From assembly GCA_040758355.1 (NCBI GenBank), contig JBFLWF010000001.1, positions 128,001 through 192,000 of the forward strand: a stretch of DNA of 64,000 nt. The letters are read 5' to 3'. Shown here one piece after another: positions 28,310 to 38,354 of this stretch. The stretch comes from Nitrospirota bacterium. GTDB lineage: Bacteria; Nitrospirota; Thermodesulfovibrionia; Thermodesulfovibrionales; Dissulfurispiraceae. The position numbers and the translations under genes are program-made. The notes beneath the pieces were generated by a model, which was given only the letters and a program-made list of their open reading frames with translations, was not told where the DNA came from and made no database searches. Each line of letters opens with the position of its first letter. The first letter of the stretch is position 1.

Positions 28310-29662
28310 TTACCCGAATATCTTCCCCGGATTCATTATTCCCCTCGGATCAAATATCCCTTTGATGCCTTTCATTAATTCAAGCTCTTTTTCTTTTATC
28401 TCCATGCCGATGTAGGGCGCTTTTGTAATGCCTATTCCATGCTCTCCTGAAATCGAGCCGCCGAGCTTAAGTGTTATCTCGAAAATCCTCTTTACGATCT
28501 CCACGCCCTTTGCATATTCCTCTTTGTTGTCCCTATCCACCATTACATTCACATGGATGTTGCCGTCGCCTGCGTGGCCGAAGCTTATGATTTTTATTCC
28601 GCTTTCTTCTGAAATCCTCTGCAGATCGGTGAGGATTAATGGGATCTTATCCCTTGGCACGACAATGTCTTCATTTATCTTTGTTGGCTTGATGCGATAA
28701 AGGGCAGGGGATATCGACCTCCTTGCCTCCCAGAGCCTTTCCCTTGCCATGTCATCTTCGGCAACTGTAGCCTCTCCACCGAGGGAATGGCATATATCAA
28801 CTATCCGTTCTGCCTCTTTTTTAATTGTTGCAGGGTATCCATCGAGTTCTATAAGAAGCAGTGCATCAACATCTGTAGGAAGCCCTGTTGGTTTGTAGTT
28901 TTCTATAGCCTCTATGGCAAGCCTGTCCATGAATTCCACTGTCCTCGGTATTATCTTTGACGAGATGATTTTTGAGACTGCTGTTCCTGATGCCTCAAGA
29001 TTCTTGAAAAGAACAAGGAGCGTCATTATGTCTTCAGGAAGGGGCAGCATCTTCAGGCGTATCCTCGTGGAAATGGCGAGGGTTCCTTCAGAGCCTATAA
29101 GAAGATTTTTTAAATCATAACCCACAGCCTTTTTATATGTCCTGCCGCCTGTATTTATAACACTTCCGTCAGAAAGGACTGCCTCGATTCCCATCACATA
29201 ATCCCGTGTAACGCCGTATTTTAAAGCCCTCGGGCCTCCTGCATTTGTCGCCACATTCCCTCCGATGGTGCATATATTGAGGCTTGCAGGATCCGGTGGA
29301 TAAAAATAGCCGAGGTATTCCAGCTCTTTCTGTAGTCTTCCGTTTACTATGCCGGGCTCGACAACTACGGTCATGTTTTTGGTGTCAACATCGAGTATCT
29401 TCCGCATTTTTTCAAAGCTTAGTACGATGCAATTCTCTGATGGTATTGATGCGCCTGCCATGCCTGTGCCTGCGCCGCGAGGTATAATGGAAAGGTTATT
29501 TTCATTTGCATATTTGACAAGCCTTATTACTTCATCGGTATTTTTCGGCCATGCAACAGCCTGTGGAAGTGCCGATTCTGCGATGGACGCATCAAAGCTG
29601 TAGCATATAAGGTCTTCTTTATCGGTGGAGATTTGAATGCCGGAAAGCGGAGAATTTTTCAT
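28310..29662 (-). CDS. FAD-linked oxidoreductase, GlcD/D-lactate dehydrogenase family
   Basis: PRGAGTG, YPPDPAS, TIGGNVATNAGG, GHAGDGNIH and SGEHGIG. Confidence 0.9.
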   Translation of the reverse strand: MKNSPLSGIQISTDKEDLICYSFDASIAESALPQAVAWPKNTDEVIRLVKYANENNLSIIPRGAGTGMAGASIPSENCIVLSFEKMRKILDVDTKNMTVVVEPGIVNGRLQKELEYLGYFYPPDPASLNICTIGGNVATNAGGPRALKYGVTRDYVMGIEAVLSDGSVINTGGRTYKKAVGYDLKNLLIGSEGTLAISTRIRLKMLPLPEDIMTLLVLFKNLEASGTAVSKIISSKIIPRTVEFMDRLAIEAIENYKPTGLPTDVDALLLIELDGYPATIKKEAERIVDICHSLGGEATVAEDDMARERLWEARRSISPALYRIKPTKINEDIVVPRDKIPLILTDLQRISEESGIKIISFGHAGDGNIHVNVMVDRDNKEEYAKGVEIVKRIFEITLKLGGSISGEHGIGITKAPYIGMEIKEKELELMKGIKGIFDPRGIMNPGKIFG

Positions 29663-29717
29663 ATGGAATTATACTACATTGTTCGGCTGCTCTGTAAATT
29701 TTAAGACAGGATGAAAA

Positions 29718-29799
29718 ATAATTCCCAAATCAGTGATAAGCGGGATTTGCTTTATGGCGCGAGCAAAATCGTATGCTTATCGCTGAATTGTGGAATTAT
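29718..29799. repeat. ~80-bp imperfect inverted repeat downstream of rpsU
   Basis: ATAATTCCCAAATCAGTGATAAGC...GCTTATCGCTGAATTGTGGAATTAT with an inner GATTTGCT/AGCAAAATC pair. Confidence 0.65.
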
Positions 29800-29818
29800 A
29801 AAGATTGATCTAAAACCC

Positions 29819-30013
29819 TTAGTGTGGTTGTCTGAATCTTAGAGCCTTTATCCTTTTTTTTCTTGCCTCTCTTTGTTTCCGTTTCTCTTTTTCGGAAGGT
29901 TTTTCATAGAAACTTCTCTTTTTAATTTCCTTGAAAAGTCCTTCTTTCTGGAGCTGGCGTTTTAGTGCCTTGAGCGCTTTTTCTATATCATTGCCATAGA
30001 CTTTTATATCCAA
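29819..30013 (-). CDS. rpsU: 30S ribosomal protein S21
   Basis: IEKALKALKR...FYEKPSEKEKRK. Confidence 0.93.
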   Translation of the reverse strand: MDIKVYGNDIEKALKALKRQLQKEGLFKEIKKRSFYEKPSEKEKRKQREARKKRIKALRFRQPH

Positions 30014-30019
30014 AATAGT

Positions 30020-30349
30020 TTATCTCCGTCCTCTTCCAGGCCCCCTGCCTCCGCCAAAACCGCCTCTCCTTTTTTCAAAACCACCGCGCCTTTCTCTGGG
30101 CTGCTGCGGCTTTGCTTCAGCAACAGAAAGCGTCCTTTCCATAAATACCGAACCGTTAAGGGCTGCTATTGCCTTCTGGGCATCTTCCTCCGATGCCATT
30201 TCAACAAAGCCAAATCCTTTAGGCCGGCCTGTATGCGGATCGGTTATTATATTGACCGATTCCACTTCCCCTTGTTTTGAGAAGAGTTCCCTGATGTCAT
30301 CCGTTGTTGCCTTAAACGAGATGTTGCCTACATAGATCTTTTTGCTCAT
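30020..30349 (-). CDS. RRM RNA-binding protein with Gly/Arg-rich tail
   Basis: RNP2 IYVGNI, RNP1 KGFGFVEM and an RGG tail. Confidence 0.93.
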   Translation of the reverse strand: MSKKIYVGNISFKATTDDIRELFSKQGEVESVNIITDPHTGRPKGFGFVEMASEEDAQKAIAALNGSVFMERTLSVAEAKPQQPRERRGGFEKRRGGFGGGRGPGRGRR

Positions 30350-30369
30350 AGTCTTTCCCCTTTTCTTTG

Positions 30370-30411
30370 ATGAAATAGAAAATCCCCGGAGCTTTTAAAG
30401 TCTCCGGGGAT
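30370..30411 (-). terminator. Terminator-like hairpin upstream of the RRM gene
   Basis: Stem ATCCCCGGAG/CTCCGGGGAT followed on the minus strand by TTTCTATTTC. Confidence 0.6.
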
Positions 30412-30505
30412 CCCTAACTTTAAAAAAGCTACCTATAGTATAGGATAAAATTATTTTTTTGTAAAATGTTTATTTATAGCAAGTGTGTTTTAGATGGTAT
30501 AAGAA

Positions 30506-33500
30506 TCAATTCAGATTTGCTGCTTCGGTGAATTGTAGCGAGATTGCCTTTGACACACCCGGCTCTTCCATTGTAATGCCGTAGAGATAATCCGCAACCT
30601 CCATAGTTGTCCTGTTATGAGTAATAACGATAAACTGCGTCTCTTTGGAAAGCTCCTTTATCATCTGAGCGAATCGAACAGTGTTGGATTCGTCCAGCGG
30701 TGCGTCTGCCTCGTCGAGGACGCAGAGGGGGCTCGGCTTTATCAAGAATCCTGCAAACAAAAGGGCTAGGGAGGTCAATGCCTTTTCCCCGCCTGAAAGC
30801 AGATTGATGTTCTGGAGCTTCTTGCCCGGTGGTTGGGCTATTATGTCCAGGCCTGATTCGAGAATATTCTCTTCATCTGTAAGAATGATGTCCGCTCTTC
30901 CTCCTCCGAAAAGGGTAGTGAAGACCTCAGTGAATTTCGTCCTTAATGAATCATAAGCCTCTCGGAGTTTTCGTCTCGTTGTTGTGTTTATCCTGCTTAT
31001 TGCCTCTTCCAGTTCGGCAATGGACATGGTCAGGTCCTGCTGCTGTTTTGTCAGGAAGTCGTAGCGGTTTTTGAGTTCTTCGTATTCTTCGATAGTGCCT
31101 AAGTTTACAGGCCCGAGTTCCCGTATTTTGGTGTTGAGCTCATCGATTTTATTTTCATCTTCTGCTGCATCAAACCCTTCTATCTCTATCACCTCGGTCT
31201 TTATATCGAGCCCGTATTTCTGGTTTATGGATGTTTCGATATTCTCTATCCTGAGCCTGTTTTCCACTGCCTTTGAATTAAGGTCGGAAAGCTGCTGGGA
31301 TATCTCGTCTATCTGCGCCCTGATATTTCTGAGGATATTGCCCTTTGAGACTATTTCTTGATTTTCCGAGCTAATCGTATCCCTTAACTTTGTCCGCTCG
31401 ACCTGCATGTTGTCGACATCCATGACTATTGATTTTATTTCCTCTTCGAGTTTCTGGAGTTCTGCGGTCGATTCTTTTATTCTTTCATCTGCATCCTGAA
31501 TTTCCTTTATTGCCTGTTCCTTTTTATTTTCAAACTCTCCGATGGCATCACTGATTGCATCCCTTTCCCTTCTGAGTGCATCTATTTTTTCCCTGTATGA
31601 GGTCATAGAGAGCTTTAATTCGGTGAGGTGAGACCGGGCATCTTCGTAATCTCCTTTTATAGTCGAAAGTGATTCCTGCAGTGCTGCTATGCTGTTGTTG
31701 ACTTCGTTAAGCTCGCCTTCGAGCCCGCCGATTTCCTCTGTTTTGGACTGCAGAATACCATCCAGAGAGCCCATTTCCTGAGAGATAGTCGTTATTTCAG
31801 TATTCAGGAAGGAGAGCCTCCTTGTCTTCCTATCCATTTCCTCCTGATGACTTTTCAGGGAGTGTTCTATAAGTGATAGCTGTTTTTCTGTCTCGTTGAT
31901 CGAATCCTCGGTATTCTTTAGAGATTCTTTTTTGTTTGTTAGATCATTGCTGTGAGAGTCGAGCATTGCCTCCATGTTTTTTATTCTAAGCTGCTGCTCA
32001 TCGATTGTCTGTTGGAGTTCTTTTATCTCTCTTTTCCTTTTCAGGATATCCTTCCCGTGTCCTGCAAACAACCACCCGTCGCTGGTTATAATCTCCCCAT
32101 CGAGGGTAACGAGATGAACGGGATGGGTGAATGGGCGAATGGGCGAATGGGTGAAAAGGATTCCCATAGCAGTTTGTAAGTCTTTTACTATATAGGTAGT
32201 GTCTGTTATGCCAAATACCTTTTCCTTGACTTCGTTATCCTCGAATGTTGCAAAGTCTGATGCCTTGCCAATAATGTTGTCATGAGTAATATTTGCTGTC
32301 GTCTGTCCTTTGTCCTCTGTCGTCTGACTTCTGTCGTCTGTCCTCTGTCCTCTGTATAATATGGCTGTCCTTCCAAGATTCTTCTCTTTGACAATATCTA
32401 TTACCGAGATGGCGTCTTCGATATTATCTATTATCAGGGCATTGATTTTTTCTGAAAGGGCAGCCTCGATGGCCATTTCATAATCCTTATTTGCATTAAT
32501 GATATCGGACAGGACCCTGTATCCACGTCCTTCGGATACGAAGTCCGCGATGGATCTGTCCACGATTAATTCCTTTAATGAATTAAGCCTGGATATATTG
32601 GAGGCAAGGTCTTCTCTCTCTTGAGAAAGGAGCGTTTTTTTGCTTTCAATATCATCCTTTAACTGCGCTATCTCTGAGGTTATTGCGTCTTTTTCGGATT
32701 TAAGCCTCAGGATATCGTCTGTTTTTATCTTTATGGATTCCTCGGCTTCTCTAATGGCCTTTTCCAGTTCGTCCATACCTGCTTTTATAGTCTCTATATC
32801 CTTGAGGGCAACCGATTCCCGGTATTTCATGTTCTCAAGGGAAGACTGGAGCTTGTGGAACTCATTCTTTCTATTGCTGAGATTTTCGGATGCCTTGAAG
32901 ATCTCTTTTCTTTGATTTTCAATCTCGGATTCCTTGTCTGTAATCTTAGTCTCGATGTCCGCTATCCAGTCCTTCTTTTCGTTCAACTCCATGGATATGT
33001 TTTCTATGCTGGACAGCAGTGCGTTTTCTGTGTCGTCGAGTTCTGAAATCTTTCCTGAGAGTTCTTCTTTTTTATTCTTTATTTCTTCCTGCTGATTGGT
33101 AAGCCTGATGATATCCTCTTTTTTATTTTCGATGTTTGTTTTTAGCACCGCTATGTGTTTTTCGGAGTCCGATATAGACCGTTCTTTCTCGTGCAGGTTG
33201 TTTTCGAGTTCTGTCAGGGCCTTCTCTCTTTCTGCAAGCTCAAGGCGTTTGGTTTCTATGAGGTTTTCTAAGATGGAGAGTTCGCTCCTCTGAGAGGCAT
33301 CTATTTCCCTCAGTTTTTCGATCTCTGATAATATCTCGCTCAGAACCGTGCCGAGCCTTGTGTACTCTCTCTTTGCCGTTCTTAGTTCCACCTCTTTCAG
33401 CTCGCCTATCAATCTCTTGTATCGCTCGGCCTTTTTTACCTGCCTGTCGAGGCTGTTTATCTGGCGTTTTACTTCATATACAATGTCGTTTATCCTCTGT

Positions 33501-34093
33501 AAGTTCTGTTTTGATGATTCGAGCTTTGAAAGGGCCTCTGCCTTTCTGACCTTGTATTTCATTACCCCGGCTACCTCTTCTATAAGGAACCGCCTTTCAT
33601 GGGGCTTGGTATTGATGATCTCTCCTATCCTGCCCTGGTCGAGTATGGAGTAGCTTTTTACATCGAGCCCTGTGTCGAGGAATATATCCTTTATATCTTT
33701 AAGCCTGCACTGTTTCTTGTTTAATAGGTATTCGCTTTCACCGGACCTGTACAGTCTTCTGGCAACATAAATTTCATTAGCGTCTTCATCGGGTGAGCCG
33801 TTACCGTTTTTAGCATCGCTTTTCTGTGAGATAATCAACGTAACCTCGGCCATTCCCTTCTGCTTCTTTGTGGCTGACCCCTGGAATATTACCTCTTCCA
33901 TTTTTTCGCCGCGCAGGCTCTTTGCGCTCTGCTCCCCGAGCACCCACCTGAAGGCATCTACCACGTTGCTCTTCCCGCAGCCATTGGGGCCTACGATGCA
34001 GGTAATGCCGCTGTGGAGGGGGAACGGTGTCTTGTCAGCAAAGGATTTGAACCCGATAAGCTCGATCTGTTTGATTTTCATAATGCCCTTCAT
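30506..34093 (-). CDS. smc: Chromosome segregation protein SMC (start probably 34081)
   Basis: GFKSF, GPNGCGKSN, long coiled coils, a hinge domain, LLSGGEKAL and LDEADAPLD. Confidence 0.97.
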   Translation of the reverse strand: MKGIMKIKQIELIGFKSFADKTPFPLHSGITCIVGPNGCGKSNVVDAFRWVLGEQSAKSLRGEKMEEVIFQGSATKKQKGMAEVTLIISQKSDAKNGNGSPDEDANEIYVARRLYRSGESEYLLNKKQCRLKDIKDIFLDTGLDVKSYSILDQGRIGEIINTKPHERRFLIEEVAGVMKYKVRKAEALSKLESSKQNLQRINDIVYEVKRQINSLDRQVKKAERYKRLIGELKEVELRTAKREYTRLGTVLSEILSEIEKLREIDASQRSELSILENLIETKRLELAEREKALTELENNLHEKERSISDSEKHIAVLKTNIENKKEDIIRLTNQQEEIKNKKEELSGKISELDDTENALLSSIENISMELNEKKDWIADIETKITDKESEIENQRKEIFKASENLSNRKNEFHKLQSSLENMKYRESVALKDIETIKAGMDELEKAIREAEESIKIKTDDILRLKSEKDAITSEIAQLKDDIESKKTLLSQEREDLASNISRLNSLKELIVDRSIADFVSEGRGYRVLSDIINANKDYEMAIEAALSEKINALIIDNIEDAISVIDIVKEKNLGRTAILYRGQRTDDRSQTTEDKGQTTANITHDNIIGKASDFATFEDNEVKEKVFGITDTTYIVKDLQTAMGILFTHSPIRPFTHPVHLVTLDGEIITSDGWLFAGHGKDILKRKREIKELQQTIDEQQLRIKNMEAMLDSHSNDLTNKKESLKNTEDSINETEKQLSLIEHSLKSHQEEMDRKTRRLSFLNTEITTISQEMGSLDGILQSKTEEIGGLEGELNEVNNSIAALQESLSTIKGDYEDARSHLTELKLSMTSYREKIDALRRERDAISDAIGEFENKKEQAIKEIQDADERIKESTAELQKLEEEIKSIVMDVDNMQVERTKLRDTISSENQEIVSKGNILRNIRAQIDEISQQLSDLNSKAVENRLRIENIETSINQKYGLDIKTEVIEIEGFDAAEDENKIDELNTKIRELGPVNLGTIEEYEELKNRYDFLTKQQQDLTMSIAELEEAISRINTTTRRKLREAYDSLRTKFTEVFTTLFGGGRADIILTDEENILESGLDIIAQPPGKKLQNINLLSGGEKALTSLALLFAGFLIKPSPLCVLDEADAPLDESNTVRFAQMIKELSKETQFIVITHNRTTMEVADYLYGITMEEPGVSKAISLQFTEAANLN
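32123..32355. repeat. Two in-frame tandem arrays in the SMC hinge
   Basis: (ATGGGYGA)x4 at 32123-32154 encodes FTHSPIRPFTH. About 8 x CTGTCCT-like heptamers at 32296-32355 encode RGQRTDDRSQTTEDKGQTT. Confidence 0.9.
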
Positions 34094-34253
34094 TTTACGC
34101 AGTAGACACCAAAACGGTCAAGTTAAAGTTTAAAATAAAGCTAATATAATAATAAATTTTTTTTATTTGACGATTCCTGTATTTCTATATTAGCCTGTAA
34201 TGCCTTTTTGGTGAATTCTTAAGCCTTTAAAATCAAATAAAGAGGAGGATTTT

Positions 34254-35438
34254 ATGCCAAAGAAGTATGAGACTCCCCTGTTGGACGAGCTGGAAAAAGG
34301 CCCATTCCCAAGCTTCGTAACAGAGATCAAGAAAGCAGCAGCAAAGAGCGACATGGCTGCCGACGAGCTTGGGCAGCTCGAAAAGTCCTATAGGGACAAG
34401 CGCGGTTACTGGAAGCACGGCGGCATCGTTGGTGTCAGGGGGTACGGAGGCGGTGTTATCGGAAGGTATTCATCCCTTCCCGAGGAATTCCCCGATGTTG
34501 CAAACTTCCATACCGTCAGAATTAACTCCATTGCAGGATTTTTCTACACATCCAAATTCCTGAATGAGATGTGCGACATATGGGACAAGTATGGAAGCGG
34601 TCTCACAAACCTCCATGGTTCTACCGGAGACCTTGTTCTCCTCGGAACAAACACAGAAAACCTCGAACCTATCTTCGCCGAATTCTCATCCCGCGGATGG
34701 GACCTCGGAGGCTCCGGTTCTGCTTTGAGGACACCGAGCTGCTGCGTCGGTCCAGCAAGGTGCGAGTGGTCAAACATCGATACCCTCGACATTACATACA
34801 GTATTACACAGGAGTGGCAGGACGAAATGCACAGGCCTGCATTCCCTTATAAATTCAAATTCAAGACAGCAGGATGCGCAGTTGACTGCATTGCATCAAT
34901 TGCCCGTGCAGACTGCTCTATTATCGGCACATGGAAAGGCAATATAGCAGTTGATCAGGCCGAGGTTGCCAACTATTCAAAGAAGGGCATGAATATCAAG
35001 GAAGAGATAGTGGATATGTGCCCCAGCAAGTGCATGAGCTATGACGGTAAAGAACTGAAGATAAACGATGCAGACTGCGTAAGGTGCATGCACTGTATTG
35101 CAAAGATGACAAAGGCATTAAAGCCGACCGGTGAGAAGGGTGCAACAATCCTCATCGGCAGCAAGGCGCCGTTCGTTATCGGTGCAACACTCTCATGGGT
35201 AATCGTTCCATTCATAAAGATGGAGCCGCCATATGATGAGTTCAAAGACCTTATCAGGAAGATGTGGGAGTTCTGGGATGAGCACGGAAAGAACAGGGAA
35301 AGGATTGGCGAGCTTATCATCAGAAAGGGCATGAGGGAGTTCCTCGAGTTCATCGGCGTTGAGCCCCAGGCTCAGCAGGTTAAAGAGCCGAGAAGAGACC
35401 CATTCTTCTTCTGGACAGAAGCAGATTTGCAGAAATAA
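34254..35438 (+). CDS. dsrA: Dissimilatory sulfite reductase alpha subunit
   Basis: ETPLLDELEKGPFPSFV, WKHGGIVGVRGYGGGVIGRY, HRPAFPYKFKFK and CVRCMHCI. Confidence 0.98.
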   Translation: MPKKYETPLLDELEKGPFPSFVTEIKKAAAKSDMAADELGQLEKSYRDKRGYWKHGGIVGVRGYGGGVIGRYSSLPEEFPDVANFHTVRINSIAGFFYTSKFLNEMCDIWDKYGSGLTNLHGSTGDLVLLGTNTENLEPIFAEFSSRGWDLGGSGSALRTPSCCVGPARCEWSNIDTLDITYSITQEWQDEMHRPAFPYKFKFKTAGCAVDCIASIARADCSIIGTWKGNIAVDQAEVANYSKKGMNIKEEIVDMCPSKCMSYDGKELKINDADCVRCMHCIAKMTKALKPTGEKGATILIGSKAPFVIGATLSWVIVPFIKMEPPYDEFKDLIRKMWEFWDEHGKNRERIGELIIRKGMREFLEFIGVEPQAQQVKEPRRDPFFFWTEADLQK

Positions 35439-35472
35439 ACATTAAAAAAATTTAAATATAAGGAGGAAAGTT

Positions 35473-36543
35473 ATGGCATTACCACAGAGAAGAACAGATA
35501 TAGGCCCGCCTCATTATAAGGATTTTTTACCTCCGGTAATCCAGAAAAACTATGGAGACTGGAAGTATCACGAAGTTGTCAATGCCGGTGTTATGGTCCA
35601 TGTTGCAAACAGCGGCGATAAGATCTGGTCTGTGCGAGTAGCATCCCCAAGGCTTCTCAGCACAGATACCATAAGGGATATGGCTGCCATTGCCGAAAAA
35701 TACTGTGGAGGCTATATCAGATTTACAACAAGAAACAATGTGGAGTTCCTTATATCTGACGAGAAGAACCTTGAGCCGTTACAGAAAGAGCTTAGAGACA
35801 AAAAATACATGATGGGCGGTATCGGAAACAGGATAAGCAACATCGTCCATACACAGGGATGGATACACTGCCATTCCGCAGCATCCGATGCATCGGGTCT
35901 TGTCAAGGTATTAATGGATGAATTTGCCGACTACTTCACAACAAAGGAAACCCCTAACAAGGTGAGGATGGCAGTTGCATGCTGCGTAAACATGTGCGGT
36001 GCCGTTCACTGCTCTGATATAGCTGTTGTTGCTATCCACAGAAAAGTGCCGACCATCGATCATGATAAGGTAAAGAATATGTGCGAGGTGCCATCAACAA
36101 TTGCTGCCTGCCCGACAGGCGCAATAAGCCCCGAACCTTCGAAGAAAAGCGTGAAGATCAATGCAGACAAATGCATGTACTGCGGCAACTGCTTTACAGT
36201 ATGTCCTCCTATCGAAATTCATGACCCGGAGTTTGACGGCGTAGCAATCGTGGTAGGCGGCAAAGTAGGAAACCTCAGGAGCAATCCCAAGTTCTCCAAG
36301 CTTGCTATTCCTTTTATCAAGAATAATCCTCCGAGGTGGCCTGAAGTTACTGCAGCAGTGAGGAAGATCCTCGATGCCTATGTTGCCGATGCAAAGAAGC
36401 ATGAGAGGGTCGGCGAATGGATAGAAAGAATAGGCTGGGAGAAGTTCTTCAAGGTTACAGGATTGCCATTCACATTCCAGCATATCGATGACTTCGTAAT
36501 TGCAAGGGAGACATTCAGAACAGCAGCAACATTTAAGTGGTAA
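35473..36543 (+). CDS. dsrB: Dissimilatory sulfite reductase beta subunit
   Basis: [39 protein letters not shown] and [11 protein letters not shown]. Confidence 0.98.
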   Translation: MALPQRRTDIGPPHYKDFLPPVIQKNYGDWKYHEVVNAGVMVHVANSGDKIWSVRVASPRLLSTDTIRDMAAIAEKYCGGYIRFTTRNNVEFLISDEKNLEPLQKELRDKKYMMGGIGNRISNIVHTQGWIHCHSAASDASGLVKVLMDEFADYFTTKETPNKVRMAVACCVNMCGAVHCSDIAVVAIHRKVPTIDHDKVKNMCEVPSTIAACPTGAISPEPSKKSVKINADKCMYCGNCFTVCPPIEIHDPEFDGVAIVVGGKVGNLRSNPKFSKLAIPFIKNNPPRWPEVTAAVRKILDAYVADAKKHERVGEWIERIGWEKFFKVTGLPFTFQHIDDFVIARETFRTAATFKW

Positions 36544-36562
36544 GTGTTATACGATAGAGATG

Positions 36563-36592
36563 CCAGCAGGAGGCATGCATGCTTCCTGCTGG
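36563..36592 (+). other. Stem-loop between dsrB and dsrD
   Basis: CCAGCAGGAGGCAT/ATGCTTCCTGCTGG with no U tract on the + strand. Confidence 0.6.
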
Positions 36593-36632
36593 AAAATATT
36601 AACCGCTAAACTGCTAAAGAGAGGGGTGCGAG

Positions 36633-36848
36633 ATGGAAAAGGAAGAAGTAAAGAAAAAGATTTATGAGTTGGTGGAAAAGTCCACGGGCAAGAAAAAGCT
36701 CAAATCAAGCGACATCCAGAAGACCGTTTCAGCAGAGGCCGGTATCTCGAGGGATGAAGTCAAGGATGCATTGAAGGATCTCATTGACGAAGGCAGGCTT
36801 ATCTATACATACTTTGGCGGTAGCTTTGTAGAGATCCCCCCAAAATAA
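36633..36848 (+). CDS. dsrD: DsrD
   Basis: 71-aa basic winged-helix-like protein directly after dsrB, ending LIDEGRLIYTYFGGSFVEIP. Confidence 0.8.
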   Translation: MEKEEVKKKIYELVEKSTGKKKLKSSDIQKTVSAEAGISRDEVKDALKDLIDEGRLIYTYFGGSFVEIPPK

Positions 36849-36882
36849 ACAGACTTTAAATTTAAATATATTTGTCTTAGAC

Positions 36883-36920
36883 AAGGCAGTCCACCGAAAA
36901 AGCGGCAGACTGCCTTTTTT
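36883..36920 (+). terminator. Rho-independent terminator of dsrABD
   Basis: AAGGCAGTC...GACTGCCTT followed by a T run. Confidence 0.8.
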
Positions 36921-36972
36921 GTTTTCATGGATCTCTGTTGTAACAAGCAGAAACAAAATCCGGTATAATTAA

Positions 36973-37566
36973 ATGGATAGTGAGATTAAAATGCAGCCTT
37001 TAAATATTGTAAATACGGCATTAAGAACAAAGCTGATAGTAGCAATTATATTGCTTCTGGTACTTATAGCATCATCGAGTGTTGTATTTTTCTATTACTA
37101 CACCGACAGCGAACTCGGAAAAACCTATGCCCAGAAGGTATTCATGCTTCCCCAATTTAAGGCAATAATCATAAGTAACAGCCTGTATATCTACGCCTTA
37201 TTTGCACTCGTCGCAACCTTAGGAATAGCTGCAATCGTCATTCTGCACACGCATCGGGTTGTAGGTCCGCTTATAAGAATGGAGAGGCTTATGGAGAAGA
37301 TGTCGATGGGTGATTTTGAAGAGGCAGTGAGGTTTAGAAAAATGGATGCAGTTCATCCCCTTGCCGATGCACTGCAAAATGTAGAAATAAAGTATAAGGA
37401 GAGATATTCTGTTATAAGGGAGTCGATACACGCGATGCATAAAGATTCGATCGAGATGTACGAGTTTCTTCAGAATGGCGATATCGAGGCTGCAGAAAAC
37501 AAAAGGCATTATATTAGGAAAAAGGCCGAAGATATAAGCAAGCTCCTTTCCGGGATCAAGTTATGA
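36973..37566 (+). CDS. Two-TM HAMP-domain protein with short coiled-coil tail
   Basis: Two TM helices, then HRVVGPLIRM..MSMGDF...RKMD (HAMP). No kinase or MCP signalling domain. Confidence 0.7.
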   Translation: MDSEIKMQPLNIVNTALRTKLIVAIILLLVLIASSSVVFFYYYTDSELGKTYAQKVFMLPQFKAIIISNSLYIYALFALVATLGIAAIVILHTHRVVGPLIRMERLMEKMSMGDFEEAVRFRKMDAVHPLADALQNVEIKYKERYSVIRESIHAMHKDSIEMYEFLQNGDIEAAENKRHYIRKKAEDISKLLSGIKL

Positions 37567-38333
37567 AGGTATTTTTAGTTTTGGCATTTATATTCATTTT
37601 ATTCATTATCATTGTGTATGCTGCTATTCAATCCATTCATTCTTTCTCAGAAAATGAGTGCATGAACTGCCACATTGATCACAAAAAGGATCCAAAATCA
37701 TTGAAGGCCCCTGTTACACTGTTATGCAAAAAATGTCATGAGGACATAACAAGCACGTCATCCCATCCCTCTGATATTTACCCTGTTTCGACCAGGATTC
37801 CTCCGGACCTTCCGCTTCACAACGGTATGGTTACATGCAATACATGCCATAATATTCACAGAGAGAGATTTTTAACATCGGGCGAAAAGACATACTTTCT
37901 CAGAAGAACAAAGCTGGGAAGGGCGTTTTGTGTTTCATGCCATATGGTCAAGCCCGAGGGCCATGTAGAGACGTTAATAGCGGCACATCCGAGCAAAAAA
38001 TATAAAGTAATGGATAAATCAAAAACCATCGATCCTATATCCATGGAATGCATCGGATGTCATGACGGAATACAGGGTAGCAATGTCGAGCACAGGTTAG
38101 GTCCCGGCATATGGAGCCACGAGAGTTATTCTCATCCTATAAGTGTTGATTACAATGTTAGCAGGATGAAAGGGAAGAGATTAAAACATATTTCGATGGT
38201 CGACAGGAGGATAAGGTTTTTTGACGGAAGGATTGGATGCGGTACATGTCATGACCTGTATTCAAAACTGCCTAAAAAACTTGTAATGAGCAATAATAGA
38301 AGCAAGCTTTGTTTTGAATGCCATGATATATAG
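37563..38333 (+). CDS. Membrane-anchored/exported 7-heme c-type cytochrome
   Basis: N-terminal hydrophobic anchor and seven CxxCH motifs (CMNCH, CKKCH, CNTCH, CVSCH, CIGCH, CGTCH, CFECH). Confidence 0.9.
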   Translation: MKVFLVLAFIFILFIIIVYAAIQSIHSFSENECMNCHIDHKKDPKSLKAPVTLLCKKCHEDITSTSSHPSDIYPVSTRIPPDLPLHNGMVTCNTCHNIHRERFLTSGEKTYFLRRTKLGRAFCVSCHMVKPEGHVETLIAAHPSKKYKVMDKSKTIDPISMECIGCHDGIQGSNVEHRLGPGIWSHESYSHPISVDYNVSRMKGKRLKHISMVDRRIRFFDGRIGCGTCHDLYSKLPKKLVMSNNRSKLCFECHDI

Positions 38334-38354
38334 ATTAAGCAGGGAAGGCATGAA

